Positions 36,171-48,770 of a stretch of DNA of 64,000 bases are shown here, in pieces (within the stretch, counting starts at the first letter, position 1; each line of letters opens with the position of its first letter). The stretch is taken from positions 5,744,980 to 5,808,979 of the forward strand of contig BFEA01000005.1 in assembly GCA_003427395.1 (NCBI GenBank), in the 5' to 3' direction. The position numbers and the translations under genes were made by a program. The stretch comes from Chara braunii. Taxonomy: Eukaryota; Plantae; Charophyceae. Under the pieces are notes generated by a model. That model did not search any database. It was given only the letters and a program-made list of their open reading frames with translations, and was not told the origin of the DNA.

Positions 36171-39100
36171 GCACCGCCGAGAGTGACTCGACAACACTCT
36201 CAACGCCTCCGGAACTGGTTTCTTCGTGAGTAACCGGCCTTCATTCCGAGGCGCATGCGGAAGTCGATAGTCCTCCTCTTCTATATTCTTTTGAGGACTA
36301 TGCTGCTCGACTCGTTCCTACGCTGGGTCCTCAAGCTCAAGGACAAGACGTATGTGCGACATCTTCTCCGTCCGGCAGCAGCGGCGACTTATCATCTTCA
36401 AGTGGTTCTTCACGGGATTCGGTGCGCGCGTTCAACATAGAGGTATTTGACCCGCTCACGTCCGAGGACTTTGCATGGCTTCCTCTCCCGACCACAGGCC
36501 GCTTGCTGGGACCGCAATGCGCAGCACTATGCGCTCATCTCCTCACGTACTTATCCTTCTATGCACCACCGCGGTGGGGGACATACTTGCGTATGTTACC
36601 AAGGTGGCCCGCGAGTTTCGCACGCAGCTGTACGATGACAACAACGCACCGCTCATGTATCTCTGCATTCAGGTTGGGCAAGCATCATACAGCGCTTTGC
36701 TGGATAGCGGCGCGTCTCGCAATTTCATGAGCCAATCCTTTATGCAAATGGCTGGCCTTGACGCACAAGTTCGGAGGAAGGCAAACCCGATGGCGATCAA
36801 GTTGGCGGATGGAAAAACACAGCAACTTCTCGACCGTTACATCGTGGCCGTACTGGTTTATTTCGCACCTCATGCATGCGAACCGGTGACATTCGACATT
36901 CTCGACACGGACTTCGACATCATTCTGGGAATGCCTTGGCTTGCGAGTGCGAATCACACGGTCAACTTCCACCGGCGGACTCTTAGCGTTTGCGACGCCT
37001 TCGGCGCTGAAGTGGCGTGTACTATTCCTCTACCGCACCCTTCGATTCGGTGCCAAGTGGTGACCGCCAAATCATTCCGGGCAACTTACGCTTACGAGCA
37101 GCCCGAGGAGATCGGTCTATGTTTCCTACGGACCATCGCGGTAGCCGACGCTTCACCCACGGACTTGTCTTCGGACCCCCGAGTGGTGCAGTTGCTGGAC
37201 GAGTTTGCCGACATCTTCGAGTCACCTACCGGTGTGGTGCCAGATCGGCCGATCTCTCATGAGATCATTCTTGAGGCCGGTGCCGTGCCGCCGAAAGGTT
37301 GCATCTATCGGATGAGCGAGGAGGAGCTTGAGGTCCTCCGCGCACAACTCGACCACTTGTTGGCCAAGGGCTGGATCCGCCCTAGTAGCTCCCCATATGG
37401 AGCACCAGTTCTCTTCGTCCGGAAGAAGAACAAGGATTTACGATTGTGTATCGACTACCGCAAGCTCAACGCTTAAACCGTCAAGAATGTGGGGCCTCTT
37501 CCTCGCATCGACGATCTTCTTGAGCGATTGGGCGGCGCAAAGTATTTTTCCAAGTTGGATTTGAAATCGGGATATCATCAAATCTCGATCCGGCCGAATG
37601 ATTGCTACAAATCCGCGTTCAAGACGCGGTACGGGCATTTTGAGTGGGCGGTCATGCCTTTTGGCCTCACCAACGCCCCGACGACCTTTCAAGCGGCAAT
37701 GACCAACGAGTTCCGCGCAATGTTGGACCGGTTCGTGCTGGTCTACTTAGACGATATTCTCGTCTATAGCCAGACATTGGAGCATCATCTTGGGCATCTT
37801 CGATGAGTGTTGGAGAGTCTGCCGCGCCAAGTACAAGACCAACCGTGGCAAGTGCGAATTTGTCTGGCAAGAGCTGAAATACTTGGGCCATTTTGTCACA
37901 CCGGAGGGCATCAGTCCGCTATCGGACAAGATTCAAGCCATCCAAGAGTGGTCTGAACCTCGGAATGTCGCGGATGTCCGTTCGTTCCTTGGCCTTGCCG
38001 GCTACTACCAGCGTTTTATCAAAGGCTACTCGAAGATCGCGGCCCACCGCGCTATTATCTGCGGAGGTCTTGCGCATATACGACCCGCTTTTGCCTACGC
38101 GGGTCACTACAGATGCGTCCGGCTATGGTATTGGTGCCGTCCTCGAGCAACATGATGGTGTGGATTGTCACCCGGTCGAGTATTTCAGCAAGAAAGTGCC
38201 CGTCGTGCATTCCATTGACGATGCACGCAAGAAGGAGCTCCTCGCCTTCGTCCACACGCTCAAGCGGTAGCGACACTTCCTCCTTGGTCAAAGCCAATTT
38301 CGATGGGTAACGGACAACAATCCGTTGGTCTTCTATAAGACCCAAGACACCGTCAACAGCACCACCGCTCGATGGATGACTTTCATCGACCAGTTCGACT
38401 TCTTTCCCGATCACATTCCTGAGAAGTCGAACCGTTTTGCGGACGCTCTTTCACGACGTCCGGATCATTGTACCGCGATCTACTCAACCTTCGAGATCGA
38501 CGATGACCTGCGGAACAGCTTCATCCGCGGCTACCAAGCTGACCCCGAGTTTCGCGACAAGTACGCGAATTGCTCGTCTCCTAATCCGGCGCCTTCTCAC
38601 TACCGGATCCAAGAGGGGTACTTGCTTGTCCACACGCGGGGGAAGGACCTTCTTTGCGTACCGAGTGATCCTCACTTGCGTACACGGCTTCTTGGCGAGT
38701 TCCACGATGCTCCCGCCACCGGACACTTTGGAGTCAATCGCACGATTGGCCAACTTTGTGAGCGATTTTGGTGGCCCGGCCTTCTCGGCGACGTCACACG
38801 CTATTGCGAGTCATGCGAGGTTTGCCGACATTGCAAATCCTGCAACCATCGTCCGTACGGCGAGTTACGACCATTACCGGTCCCATTGAGGCGAAGGGAA
38901 GCGATTGTCATGGACATTACTGGCCCGTTCCCCAAGCACAAGACCGGAGTGGATGGGATTCTCACGGTGGTCGACCGACTCACCAAGTTCGCCATGTTTT
39001 TGCCTTGTCGCTATCATGCCAAGGCACCGAAGTTGGCCGAGGTTCTCTACGCCGGTTGGATTCAAACCAAGGGTTACCCNAAGGAAATCGTCTGCTACCG

Positions 39101-40050
39101 CGACACTCGGTTCATGTCCGATTTTTGGTTGGCGCTCATCAAACAATGGGGCTCATCTCTCAAGCCAAGTTCGGCTCGCCACCCCCAAACCGATGGCCAA
39201 ACGGAGAGGGCGCATCAGACCGCACAGGTTCTCCTTCGCACTCTCATCCGTCCCGACCAAAAGCATTGGGTTGAGCAGCTGCCGGATGTCGAGTTGGCAT
39301 ACAACTCGTCCATCCACCCGACTATCGAGATGTCGCCCTTCGAGTTTCGGGCACGGCTCGCCGGTCACTTCGCCGTTGGCCACTATCACTCCACGAACGG
39401 CCGAGAGCGACGACCATCTTCTTTTCTTGCGTCGGATGCAAGAGCTACTTGTCAAGGCACGCGACTAGATGGCCAAGACACAGCAACGCATGAGGCAGCA
39501 GGCCAATCGCCAGCGTTTTCCTTGCCCATTTTGCGCCGACGATCTCGTTTGAGTCTCCGCCGCGGAATTAAGCCTTGAACAAGATATCTCGCGCAAGCTC
39601 CTCCCAAAATGGATGGGGCCTTGGCCGATTGTGGCGCCCGCTGGGGACGCACCCGAGGGACCTTCCTTCACGATTCAGGTGCCCGCCCACTTGCCCGTCT
39701 ACCCAGTCTTTCATTGCTCCAAGTTGACTCTTTACACGCCAGCGGAACATGACGATTTTCCCGGGAGACGTTCGCAAGACCCACCCTCCATGAACGGTTT
39801 TCAGGAGGTCGGCGACATTATCTCCCAGCGACGCTACGACAATAGGCCAACCGAGTATTTGGTGCATTTTGCATACTGCACACACTGAGCTGACCGTTGG
39901 TTGACCCGTGCGGAACTTCAAGCAACAGCTCCAGACGTTCTCGCACGCTACGAACGCAAGATGCAAGGCAAGCCGGTTTCTCCGGCTCCACGCCGCCCCC
40001 GCGTCAAGGTTCCACCTTCAGATCGTCGGCCTCGCCCTCGCCCCGAGTTG
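36161..40050 (+). pseudogene. gypsy 2 pol (PR-RT-RH-IN-chromodomain), disrupted
   Basis: ORF pieces 36475-37476, 37489-37806, 37893-38270, 38325-39578 and 39613-39888 carry the canonical motifs. Chromodomain EVGDIISQRRYDNRPTEYLVHF. Confidence 0.9.
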
Positions 40051-40070
40051 AATTCATAAGGAGGGGGGGG

Positions 40071-41170
40071 TGTTACATGCTGCGCCTGCACACGAGGGCC
40101 ATTTTCCAGGCCCTGCGTCCCTCAGGCTGAAAGCCTGAAAACCAGGGCCTACAGGCCCCGTGACTGTTCAGCCCGAAAACCTGAAAACAGGGGCTTACAG
40201 TCCCTGTGTCGTTTCAGACTAAAAATGGCAATAGCCTTTTTAGCTTGAAACGAAGGGCCATTTTCGGTCGTTCATCAGAACGACCGGCCTTGAAACTCAG
40301 GCACCGAACCAGGGTTTCGGGAACAGGCTATTCTTAGCCTGTTCCCACGCCAGCCTCAGCAGATCCCCTGGCACACTTCGGCATTGGCAAGAGCAGCCTC
40401 CTCGGCCTGGCTCGCCCTTCAGGCAATCAGGAGGCAGGCCGAGGTAGTACATAGGGACTTCCCATGCACTTCACGGGTAGGCAGGAGGCAGTCAGTAGTC
40501 TTCAGGATTCGGCAGCAGCACTCTGGAGGGAGCGCTGCAGGAGTAGTAGTAGCGTTAGCATTAGTCTTCAGCGCTGGGCGCAGTAGGTAGCTGTAGTCTT
40601 CAGCGCTGGGCGCCATAGCTAGGATAGCACTAGAGAGAGAGAGATTGGGCGGAGGCCAGGAGTACCTACCTGCAGCGCCGTTGCTCCAGCTTCGTCTTCG
40701 AGGTACCTGCATCACAGCGCCAATTTCACAGGTTAGTATCTAGCTCGTGACAGAGAGAGAGTTCTTCTTCTTCCTCTTCTCAGTCCACCATCTCCCTCTC
40801 ACCCTCTCATCATCTGACTTCACTGCATCAGCAGACTACGAGAGCAAGAGAGAGAGAGAGCTTGGTGACGTTGGACCCAGACTCGACTTTTGGGCTTCAG
40901 ACATTGTGACAAGGGATTATTTGGGACTTGTGACAAAGACTTGGTGTTGACGACATTCCCATCTCTCCCCCTCCTCTTCGTCTGATCCCCTCCTCTTCGT
41001 CTGTGTATGTCTGGACCTGGTGCTTCCTTCCTGTGTACAGCGCCAGGCTCCTTCACACCTTGTGATGGATACGATGTATGTTTGGTCTGCGTTCAAACAT
41101 TGATTGGGCTAGTCATTAGCATTCTAGCATTCTGCTTCGCTATCTTATACTACATGAATGAGGTCAGTCC
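40071..41170 (+). repeat. 3' LTR of gypsy 2 (truncated by gap)
   Basis: Begins TGTTACATGC right after the PPT; high identity to the 5' LTR. Confidence 0.92.
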
Positions 41171-41540
41171 NNNNNNNNNNNNNNNNNNNNNNNNNNNNNN
41201 NNNNNNNNNNNNNNNNNNNNNNNNNNNNNNNNNNNNNNNNNNNNNNNNNNNNNNNNNNNNNNNNNNNNNNNNNNNNNNNNNNNNNNNNNNNNNNNNNNNN
41301 NNNNNNNNNNNNNNNNNNNNNNNNNNNNNNNNNNNNNNNNNNNNNNNNNNNNNNNNNNNNNNNNNNNNNNNNNNNNNNNNNNNNNNNNNNNNNNNNNNNN
41401 NNNNNNNNNNNNNNNNNNNNNNNNNNNNNNNNNNNNNNNNNNNNNNNNNNNNNNNNNNNNNNNNNNNNNNNNNNNNNNNNNNNNNNNNNNNNNNNNNNNN
41501 NNNNNNNNNNNNNNNNNNNNNNNNNNNNNNNNNNNNNNNN

Positions 41541-41615
<75 letters not shown>

Positions 41616-43714
41616 ATTGGGACTTGGTGACTTTTGGGCTTCGCCCAGTTCAGTGACATTGCGACTCGACATTGTGTGAGCAGCGACATGTGGATATCTT
41701 GGAGTCTGGGTTCATCGGGCTATGGTCGCCGATCCTCCCTATCTCCCTCCTCCCTTCGTCTCTGTGGATGATTCGGACTCAACACCCCTTCCATGATTGC
41801 AGCGCTTTCTCCACTCACACAGAGTGATGATGAGTGCTGTCAGGTCCTGTCATTGTCCGTGCTGAGTCAGATCTTGGTATTTCAGTCTTCCACTGTGCTA
41901 TTTTTGTATTGTCTCGGAGAGGTCGGTTCTCGGTTCAGGCATGTGACACTGGCCCTGGCAACTGTGTGCCCAGTAGCTTCACATTGGGCCAAAATGTCTG
42001 CGCCAAGGCCCGACTCAGATACCGGCCTAGGACCGAAACAACACCCTGTCTTGGCCTCTACAACACCCTGGGCTTTTGGAAAAAAAAAATAAAAAAAGAA
42101 AAAAAGAGCCACTTGTACTTCCGAGCCACTTTTTCCGGAGTCCCGAAACGCCCTGTGTGCCAAAACAAAAACTGAACCGTTGCGGGCCTCCTTTTGGCTG
42201 GCACTGCAAGCCATTTTGCTCTGGCAGCCCCCCCCCAAAAGTTGCAGTGTGCATGCATCCACGCCGGAGAAAAATGACTGGCAAACGTACTGGTGGTTTA
42301 GAAAGTTCCGTTGTTGGGGGCGGGGCGGGGAGGGATGAGGTAGGCCCTCAGCATAAAAGTCCGCGACTACCCTGGACCACAAAATGAGGTCAGCTGCTCG
42401 AGCAGTAAAAAGATACTAAGAATTCTGCAGAGTCCCAGGAACACAATGAGATGGCTGAAAAGCCAAAGAAGCTGATCAGGTCAGATCCTGCCTGGCCTCC
42501 ACGAGTCGTCAAATGTTTTTGTGCCATCTAGTTCTCAACAGTTCAGAAGCTTCAGGTGCCAGCAGGGCCTTCATTTTGATTCCTGAAAAACAGTTCAGCA
42601 GGCGAGTGTACAAAAATGTCAAGTCTCTGACATTTATGGCAACCGGTTTTGTCAGCGATCCCTCCACCTCTACCTTGTGAATCGCTCCCCATCTTTCCAA
42701 CCCGTCCTCATCTCNNNNNNNNNNNNNNNNNNNNNNNNNNNNNNNNNNNNNNNNNNNNNNNNNNNNNNNNNNNNNNNNNNNNNNNNNNNNNNNNNNNNNN
42801 NNNNNNNNNNNNNNNNNNNNNNNNNNNNNNNNNNNNNNNNNNNNNNNNNNNNNNNNNNNNNNNNNNNNNNNNNNNNNNNNNNNNNNNNNNNNNNNNNNNN
42901 NNNNNNNNNNNNNNNNNNNNNNNNNNNNNNNNNNNNNNNNNNNNNNNNNNNNNNNNNNNNNNNNNNNNNNNNNNNNNNNNNNNNNNNNNNNNNNNNNNNN
43001 NNNNNNNNNNNNNNNNNNNNNNNNNNNNNNNNNNNNNNNNNNNNNNNNNNNNNNNNNNNNNNNNNNNNNNNNNNNNNNNNNNNNNNNNNNNNNNNNNNNN
43101 NNNNNNNNNNNNNNNNNNNNNNNNNNNNNNNNNNNNNNNNNNNNNNNNNNNNNNNNNNNNNNNNNNNNNNNNNNNNNNNNNNNNNNNNNNNNNNNNNNNN
43201 NNNNNNNNNNNNNNNNNNNNNNNNNNNNNNNNNNNNNNNNNNNNNNNNNNNNNNNNNNNNNNNNNNNNNNNNNNNNNNNNNNNNNNNNNNNNNNNNNNNN
43301 NNNNNNNNNNNNNNNNNNNNNNNNNNNNNNNNNNNNNNNNNNNNNNNNNNNNNNNNNNNNNNNNNNNNNNNNNNNNNNNNNNNNNNNNNNNNNNNNNNNN
43401 NNNNNNNNNNNNNNNNNNNNNNNNNNNNNNNNNNNNNNNNNNNNNNNNNNNNNNNNNNNNNNNNNNNNNNNNNNNNNNNNNNNNNNNNNNNNNNNNNNNN
43501 NNNNNNNNNNNNNNNNNNNNNNNNNNNNNNNNNNNNNNNNNNNNNNNNNNNNNNNNNNNNNNNNNNNNNNNNNNNNNNNNNNNNNNNNNNNNNNNNNNNN
43601 NNNNNNNNNNNNNNNNNNNNNNNNNNNNNNNNNNNNNNNNNNNNNNNNNNNNNNNNNNNNNNNNNNNNNNNNNNNNNNNNNNNNNNNNNNNNNNNNNNNN
43701 NNNNNNNNNNNNNN

Positions 43715-43792
<78 letters not shown>

Positions 43793-44482
43793 CAGAGAGG
43801 GCCAGAGAATGAAGAAAGAGAAACTCAACCCAGATTCCCGAAACACGACCGTTTGGCCGTAAGATAACCAAAAATATCGCTGAATACATCCAAAAGATAA
43901 ATCGTGAAGTACTGGTGAAGCGACCCCAGGGGTCTTGTCGTGTTGCTAGGAAAGGGACTGAGCAACAGAGGAATCGCCAGGAATAGTCCAAGACAGCCTA
44001 GAAAAACACGAGTCAATACATAAGGAGAGAGTAAAATAGAAGGTCCACCAAGAGTCAGCAAAAGGTCCAGATACAGATTACAGAAGAGGTAAGAAAAGAA
44101 CATCAGACACAACAGACCGAACAGCGATTCATCTAGAAGAAACGGCACCAAGTTCACCAGCACAGTCCCGAGCTCCTTACTTCCGCAGCTGCCACCTGCC
44201 CATCCAACAGGTGGTCTCATACAGACCCAACACGTTTGTTCGGGGAAACCGTTTTCAAGCAAAACCAGAAACAAAAGAAAAAGAAAGAAAAGAGAAATCA
44301 AAACAAGAAAAAGAAAAGGCCCTAACTAGTGTAAAGTCTACAACGAGTGACCCCGAAGAAGTCTACAACGAGTGGCCCCGAAGCCGGCCAGACCCAGCCC
44401 GTTCTCTGGGCCAGCCAATCCCAACCCAACTTCTAGCATAACTCCCAACCCTCACTACCCTGGCACCCAGCCTACCCAGTCT

Positions 44483-45186
44483 GGGACCCTGCCTTTCTTT
44501 TCTCCTTCCTCCTTCTACTCCTTCTTTCTCAATGGTCGCGGATTGTTAACTATCTGGTGCGTTGGTTTGTTGATTCGTTCCATGACTGTGGCTGATGACT
44601 ATTGATTTTGCCAAAGTAGCCTTTCAATAGACCTACTTGAACTCACGAAGTAACCACCAGAGAGATTATACTACGCGTTTGTGTGGCTTCGACTTTTCAT
44701 CATCAGACTATGACTTCGAACATTAACTCTACCATTGTCCGGACTTGTTACAACTGTGGGGACCCTGCCTTTCTTTTCTCCTTCCTCCTTCTACTCCTTC
44801 TTTCTCAATGGTCGCGGATTGTTAACTATCTGGTGCATTGGTTTGTTGATTCGTTTCATGATTGTGGCTGATGACTATTGATTTTGCCAAAGTAGCCTTT
44901 CAATAGACCTACTTCTCACGAAGTAACCACCGTAGAGATCATACTACGCGTTTGTGTGGCTTCGACTTTTCATCATCAGACTATGGCTTCAAACATTAAC
45001 TCTACCATTGTCTGGACCTGTTACAACTGTGGGGACCCTGCCTTTCTTTTCTCCTTCCTCCTTCTACTCCTTCTTTCTCAATGGTCGTGGATTGTTAACT
45101 ATCTGGTGAATTGGTTTGTTGATTCATTCCATGACTGTGGCTGATGACTATTGATTTTGCCAAAGTGGCCTTTCAATAGACCTACC
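44483..45186 (-). repeat. About 2.6 tandem copies of a ~274 bp Penelope pseudo-LTR
   Basis: Units start GGGACCCTGCC at about 44483, 44758 and 45031, and abut the 3' end of the RT ORF. Confidence 0.85.
44645..44720 (-). ncRNA. Hammerhead-ribozyme-like motif (variant core); second copy at 44918-44992
   Basis: Minus strand reads CUGAUGA-U-GA(AAAG)UC-GAAG-CCAC...GUGG-UU-ACU. GAAG replaces the canonical GAAA. Confidence 0.55.
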
Positions 45187-48100
45187 CAGTCTACTGACTC
45201 CACTCCTCCCCCCACGAGATCCTGCAGCGCCAACCGTCAGCTTCCCCCAGTCTGTCAATACTTCCACCCAATCATCCCAGATACCCGCAAACTTCCTAGA
45301 GAAGGCCGTCAACCCGTTATCAAAATATTCATCTGGGTACCCCCTTTTTTGGAGCTCAATCTTCAAAGTAAACAGGAAGGCCACATCCATCCCTTTCATG
45401 GTGGTATACATCCTTGCCCGATGAAGGCAGAAACCAATAATTGCCTTTGTTTGCTGTTTGCTCGTATAGGAATCAAAGTCTTGCAGGTTCTAAAACATCA
45501 ACCCTTTCTCCTTATAGCTCCGTTGATTTTTGTGCAAGGCCACACACTGCAGCCCCCATGGCAATTCCAGCGCCTTCAGCACACTACCAAGAAAGTCCCA
45601 GCAATCACCCTCATTAGTTTGCTCCAGAACAACATTGTTATCATAGCAAATCCGGAAATCATCCAAGATTTTCCCAGCTCTGAGCAAAGAGCAAACGTCC
45701 CCCTGCTTGCTGCGGATCATAACGGACACAACATCAACCAATCGCTGATCAAAACCCAATGACGACAGAAACATGGATTCATTGTAGGCACAAAGAAAGC
45801 CAGAGCAGGGCTAGAAGCCTTGCCCATGGGGATCCCCACCTGTTGTTGGAACACCTGCCGGCATGCCTTGAAATAGGTCAATCCGAGCTCGAAGGAGACA
45901 AATTTCACAACCACTTCCAAAGGTACTGAACTCCATCCCGCCTCGGTTTTTCCAAACCTCGGCTTAGCTCTCTTCCCTCGAACCTTCACCAACACTCCTT
46001 TACAGCCTCTAATCGCCCAAAAGCCCATGACCCACCTTACTGCTTCCATAATAGACACATGGGGCAGGTTGCATAACATTTCCTTGATATCAAATGCAGT
46101 ATTAACAAAGAATTTCCCCTTCTTTAACTGTTTATTACACAGATACAAAGCAAGTGCCAGCTCATCCATGCTCTTCAAGTTCGTTCCCTTTGCCAGATCC
46201 CAAGCAGTTGGTTCACAGCCCGCCCCACCTTCTTACTGGCAGTAACCCCACACTCCGAAAAGGTGGGGCAAATCAGTCGCCACCTCGAAGTATCCTTATG
46301 CTTGGGTATTGAGCAAGCCTGTCCCAGCGAACCGTTCTTATTCCATTTTCCCAGCCAGTCGAACCCACCCCGTCCATACTCAATCCCACACTGTCGTAAT
46401 GTCTCCCCTGCATCGTCCACATGTACTGTGATGTACAATCCCCGGGTTCATCAAGAAAAGCTTGTCCATACTAGCCCTAAACACCGTGGGACAACAGAAC
46501 AAAGAATCAACCGTATTGTGATCAATGGGGCAGCCCACCAAATTTCCCAACCCCATCTTCCATGCAACCACCTCACTTCAATCCATACCACTCAGCACAG
46601 GCTCAACCACCGTTTTGATGAAACATGCCTCCACCGACTGTCTAACAAGTATTCCCTCTTCCACTTTCGGCAAGAACCCAACCATCGCAAAAGAGGCAGC
46701 AATCTGTTTGACAAGCATACTTCCTGAAGTGGACAGAGAGGGGTGGGGAATATTTTTAGAGTTCTTCAAAAAATTAGGGATAAAAGCAATGTCAGATGCT
46801 CAGAAGCACACATGTCCCGCAAGCCCAGGAAAATGCCCACCCACCGTGTTGCAGCAGCATGCTTGGCTTGCCTACTAACATCCCGGAAATTAAGCAGAAT
46901 ATCGTCCACACTCTTATTTGTCCACACCATTTTCATTCGTCGGACGACCATCTCCTTCAGGCAGTCCGACACATCCAGTTTCCTTACCAGATCCCCACAC
47001 AACAGGCGCACCGCACTCTTACTCACCCTCACATCGTAAGTTACACGAATGACTAGTCGAGCGCGCACATTAAACCCAAACTTCTTCCGTACGACCCCGG
47101 ACAGTACACACCTAAGCGTATGTGGTGACCTCTCGTCCTTAAAACAACGAATGGTCGTATACAAACATACCAGCTGTTCAAGCCCCCACCCATGCAGCCG
47201 AACGCGCGAAGACGGGTTTTACAGGAAATCGAGAAGAACCGACTTATGGCACAACAAAGTCGAGCAGTAGTAAGCGATCGAACTAAAATACGACAAGTGC
47301 TCCCAATGGCCATTAGCATGTTTTGATGGGCTCTCCATACATCAAATGTGCAAAAAGGAATCAATGATCAACTTTTGATGCTTTGATCGCACGCCTTGAG
47401 CTGGGGTCTCACTCCACTACACCAGACTCTAGAAAATAGCAAAAAAGTAGGCCTCGTTCCACTTACACTAGAGGGCGCTACTCTTGACGGACTCTCTAAC
47501 ACTCTAAAGTGGAGTCTAGTATAGTGGAGCGAGGAAACCACTGGCCAGATCTGCAAATTGAGAATGAATCTTCTGCTACAACATGGAAAGATACATGGGG
47601 CCGCACTTTGTACAGTCTACAGAAGCCAGATTCCACAAAAGGTCACCACCAGCCTGGTTTGCCCACCCAGACGCGCGGTGGACTCTCAAATTTCAGCACC
47701 ATTTCGAGACCAGCACCGAGGACCCTAGAGGAAACGGGTGTTGCGGGCAGGTGAACACTAGAGGAGTAGAAAGTGCTGGTCTAGCACACTTTCTGACATC
47801 ACTCGACACACATTTGGGAGCCGTTTGTTTAGTGTAAGTGGAGCGAGGTAGAACTCTCGAATTTTCGAGAGTCTAATGTAGTGGAGTGAGACCCCTGGAG
47901 CACCATCCAGTGCACAGCTCCCAATGGGTACGAACTTACAAGGACAAGATGAGAAGGTTGGGGATGCCGGATAGCTGGTCCAAGCTCTGTTCTATTCTCA
48001 GACTGCTGAGCAGCAGTCTGGCTCCTCTTCCACTGACAAGTAGAAAAATGCATGAATTCAGAATACTCACTAAATGCTTCCTCTCATTATGGTCAAAGGA

Positions 48101-48723
48101 CTGGGCATGCCCATTCAAGGATTCACTCCCTTTCCCTTAAACCACCAGTACGTGGCCCAGCTATGCGCCGCGGCCGTGTCCCGTTAACGCGCCCCATTTG
48201 AGGGGGGTCGTTCACATGAACGGTCGGATGGTGAGAATTGCGACGTAGGAAAGAAAGAACCAAAAAAAAAAAAAAAACTACTTTCTAAGTTGGATGAGGG
48301 TCGTGGTCACGTCTGTTCTTGGTGGAATGCTTCTAACTAGTATTTCAGGTAGATTCTGGATGTCTATTTTTTCTGCTTTTGTTTTTTTGTCATTTTTGTT
48401 AGATTCCTCTGCCAGTGAGGCAGGGCATATCCCACGATCTACTGAACAGCCCTCGTTGAGGGCATACTCACACTTGCGCACAGACAAATGTATCTAACTA
48501 ATTTCAGGTTGTATAATGTTAGAACATGCACACCGTATCCCATGATCTACTGAATAGCTTGATATAACTGACACACCTTCAAATTTCAAAACATGCATGA
48601 GGGTGAAGGGGCGGGGAGGGGAGAGGAGAAGCAGAGAGACAATTGATAGACATGGAGAAAACCGAACGCGACTGTTCGTTGTTGATGAAAAAAGCAGTAT
48701 CACATGACGAACTAACGGCGAGC

Positions 48724-48770
48724 GACCCTACCGGTTTTGGCTGGCCGCTGTGACCAGCTTCATCAGGGTC
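48724..48770 (-). ncRNA. Minimal hammerhead ribozyme relic with palindromic stem III
   Basis: Minus strand reads GACC-CUGAUGA-A-GCUGGUC(ACAGC)GGCCAGC-C-AAAA-CCGGUA-GGGUC. G12 is changed to A. Confidence 0.6.

Larger units (their letters stand above)
32540..41170 (+). mobile_element. Ty3/gypsy chromovirus-type LTR retrotransposon 2, nearly complete
   Basis: Two LTRs, PBS-like site, gag, protease LLDSGAS, RT YLDD, RNase H TDASG, integrase (HHCC, MDITG, HPQTDGQTER, GPW), chromodomain and PPT AAGGAGGGGGGGG at 40058-40070. The 3' LTR runs into a gap. Confidence 0.95.
31840..41948 (+). repeat. Probable 3' LTR of gypsy 1 (31840-32268 and 41541-41948), split by gypsy 2
   Basis: Starts TGCCAC after a purine-rich run and has internal CTGGCGCCTAAACTGAAA repeats. 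The segment 41611-41948 resembles the post-(GA)n part of the gypsy-2 LTR and ends GCATGTGACA. Confidence 0.55.
44483..47370 (-). mobile_element. Penelope-like element 1, decayed RT
   Basis: Motifs IPKHKDTSRWRLICPTF, AFDIKEM, FQQQVGIPMG and WDFLG; 3' tandem pseudo-LTRs with hammerhead motif. Confidence 0.8.

Noticed and set aside
42390-42714. Possible coding fragment on the minus strand next to a gap
   Set aside because: No recognisable homology or splice support; cannot be assigned.
44590-44635. Plus-strand CTGATGA plus hairpin as a hammerhead or SECIS
   Set aside because: No GAAA follows the stem, the GA quartet does not align, and it is antisense to the RT.
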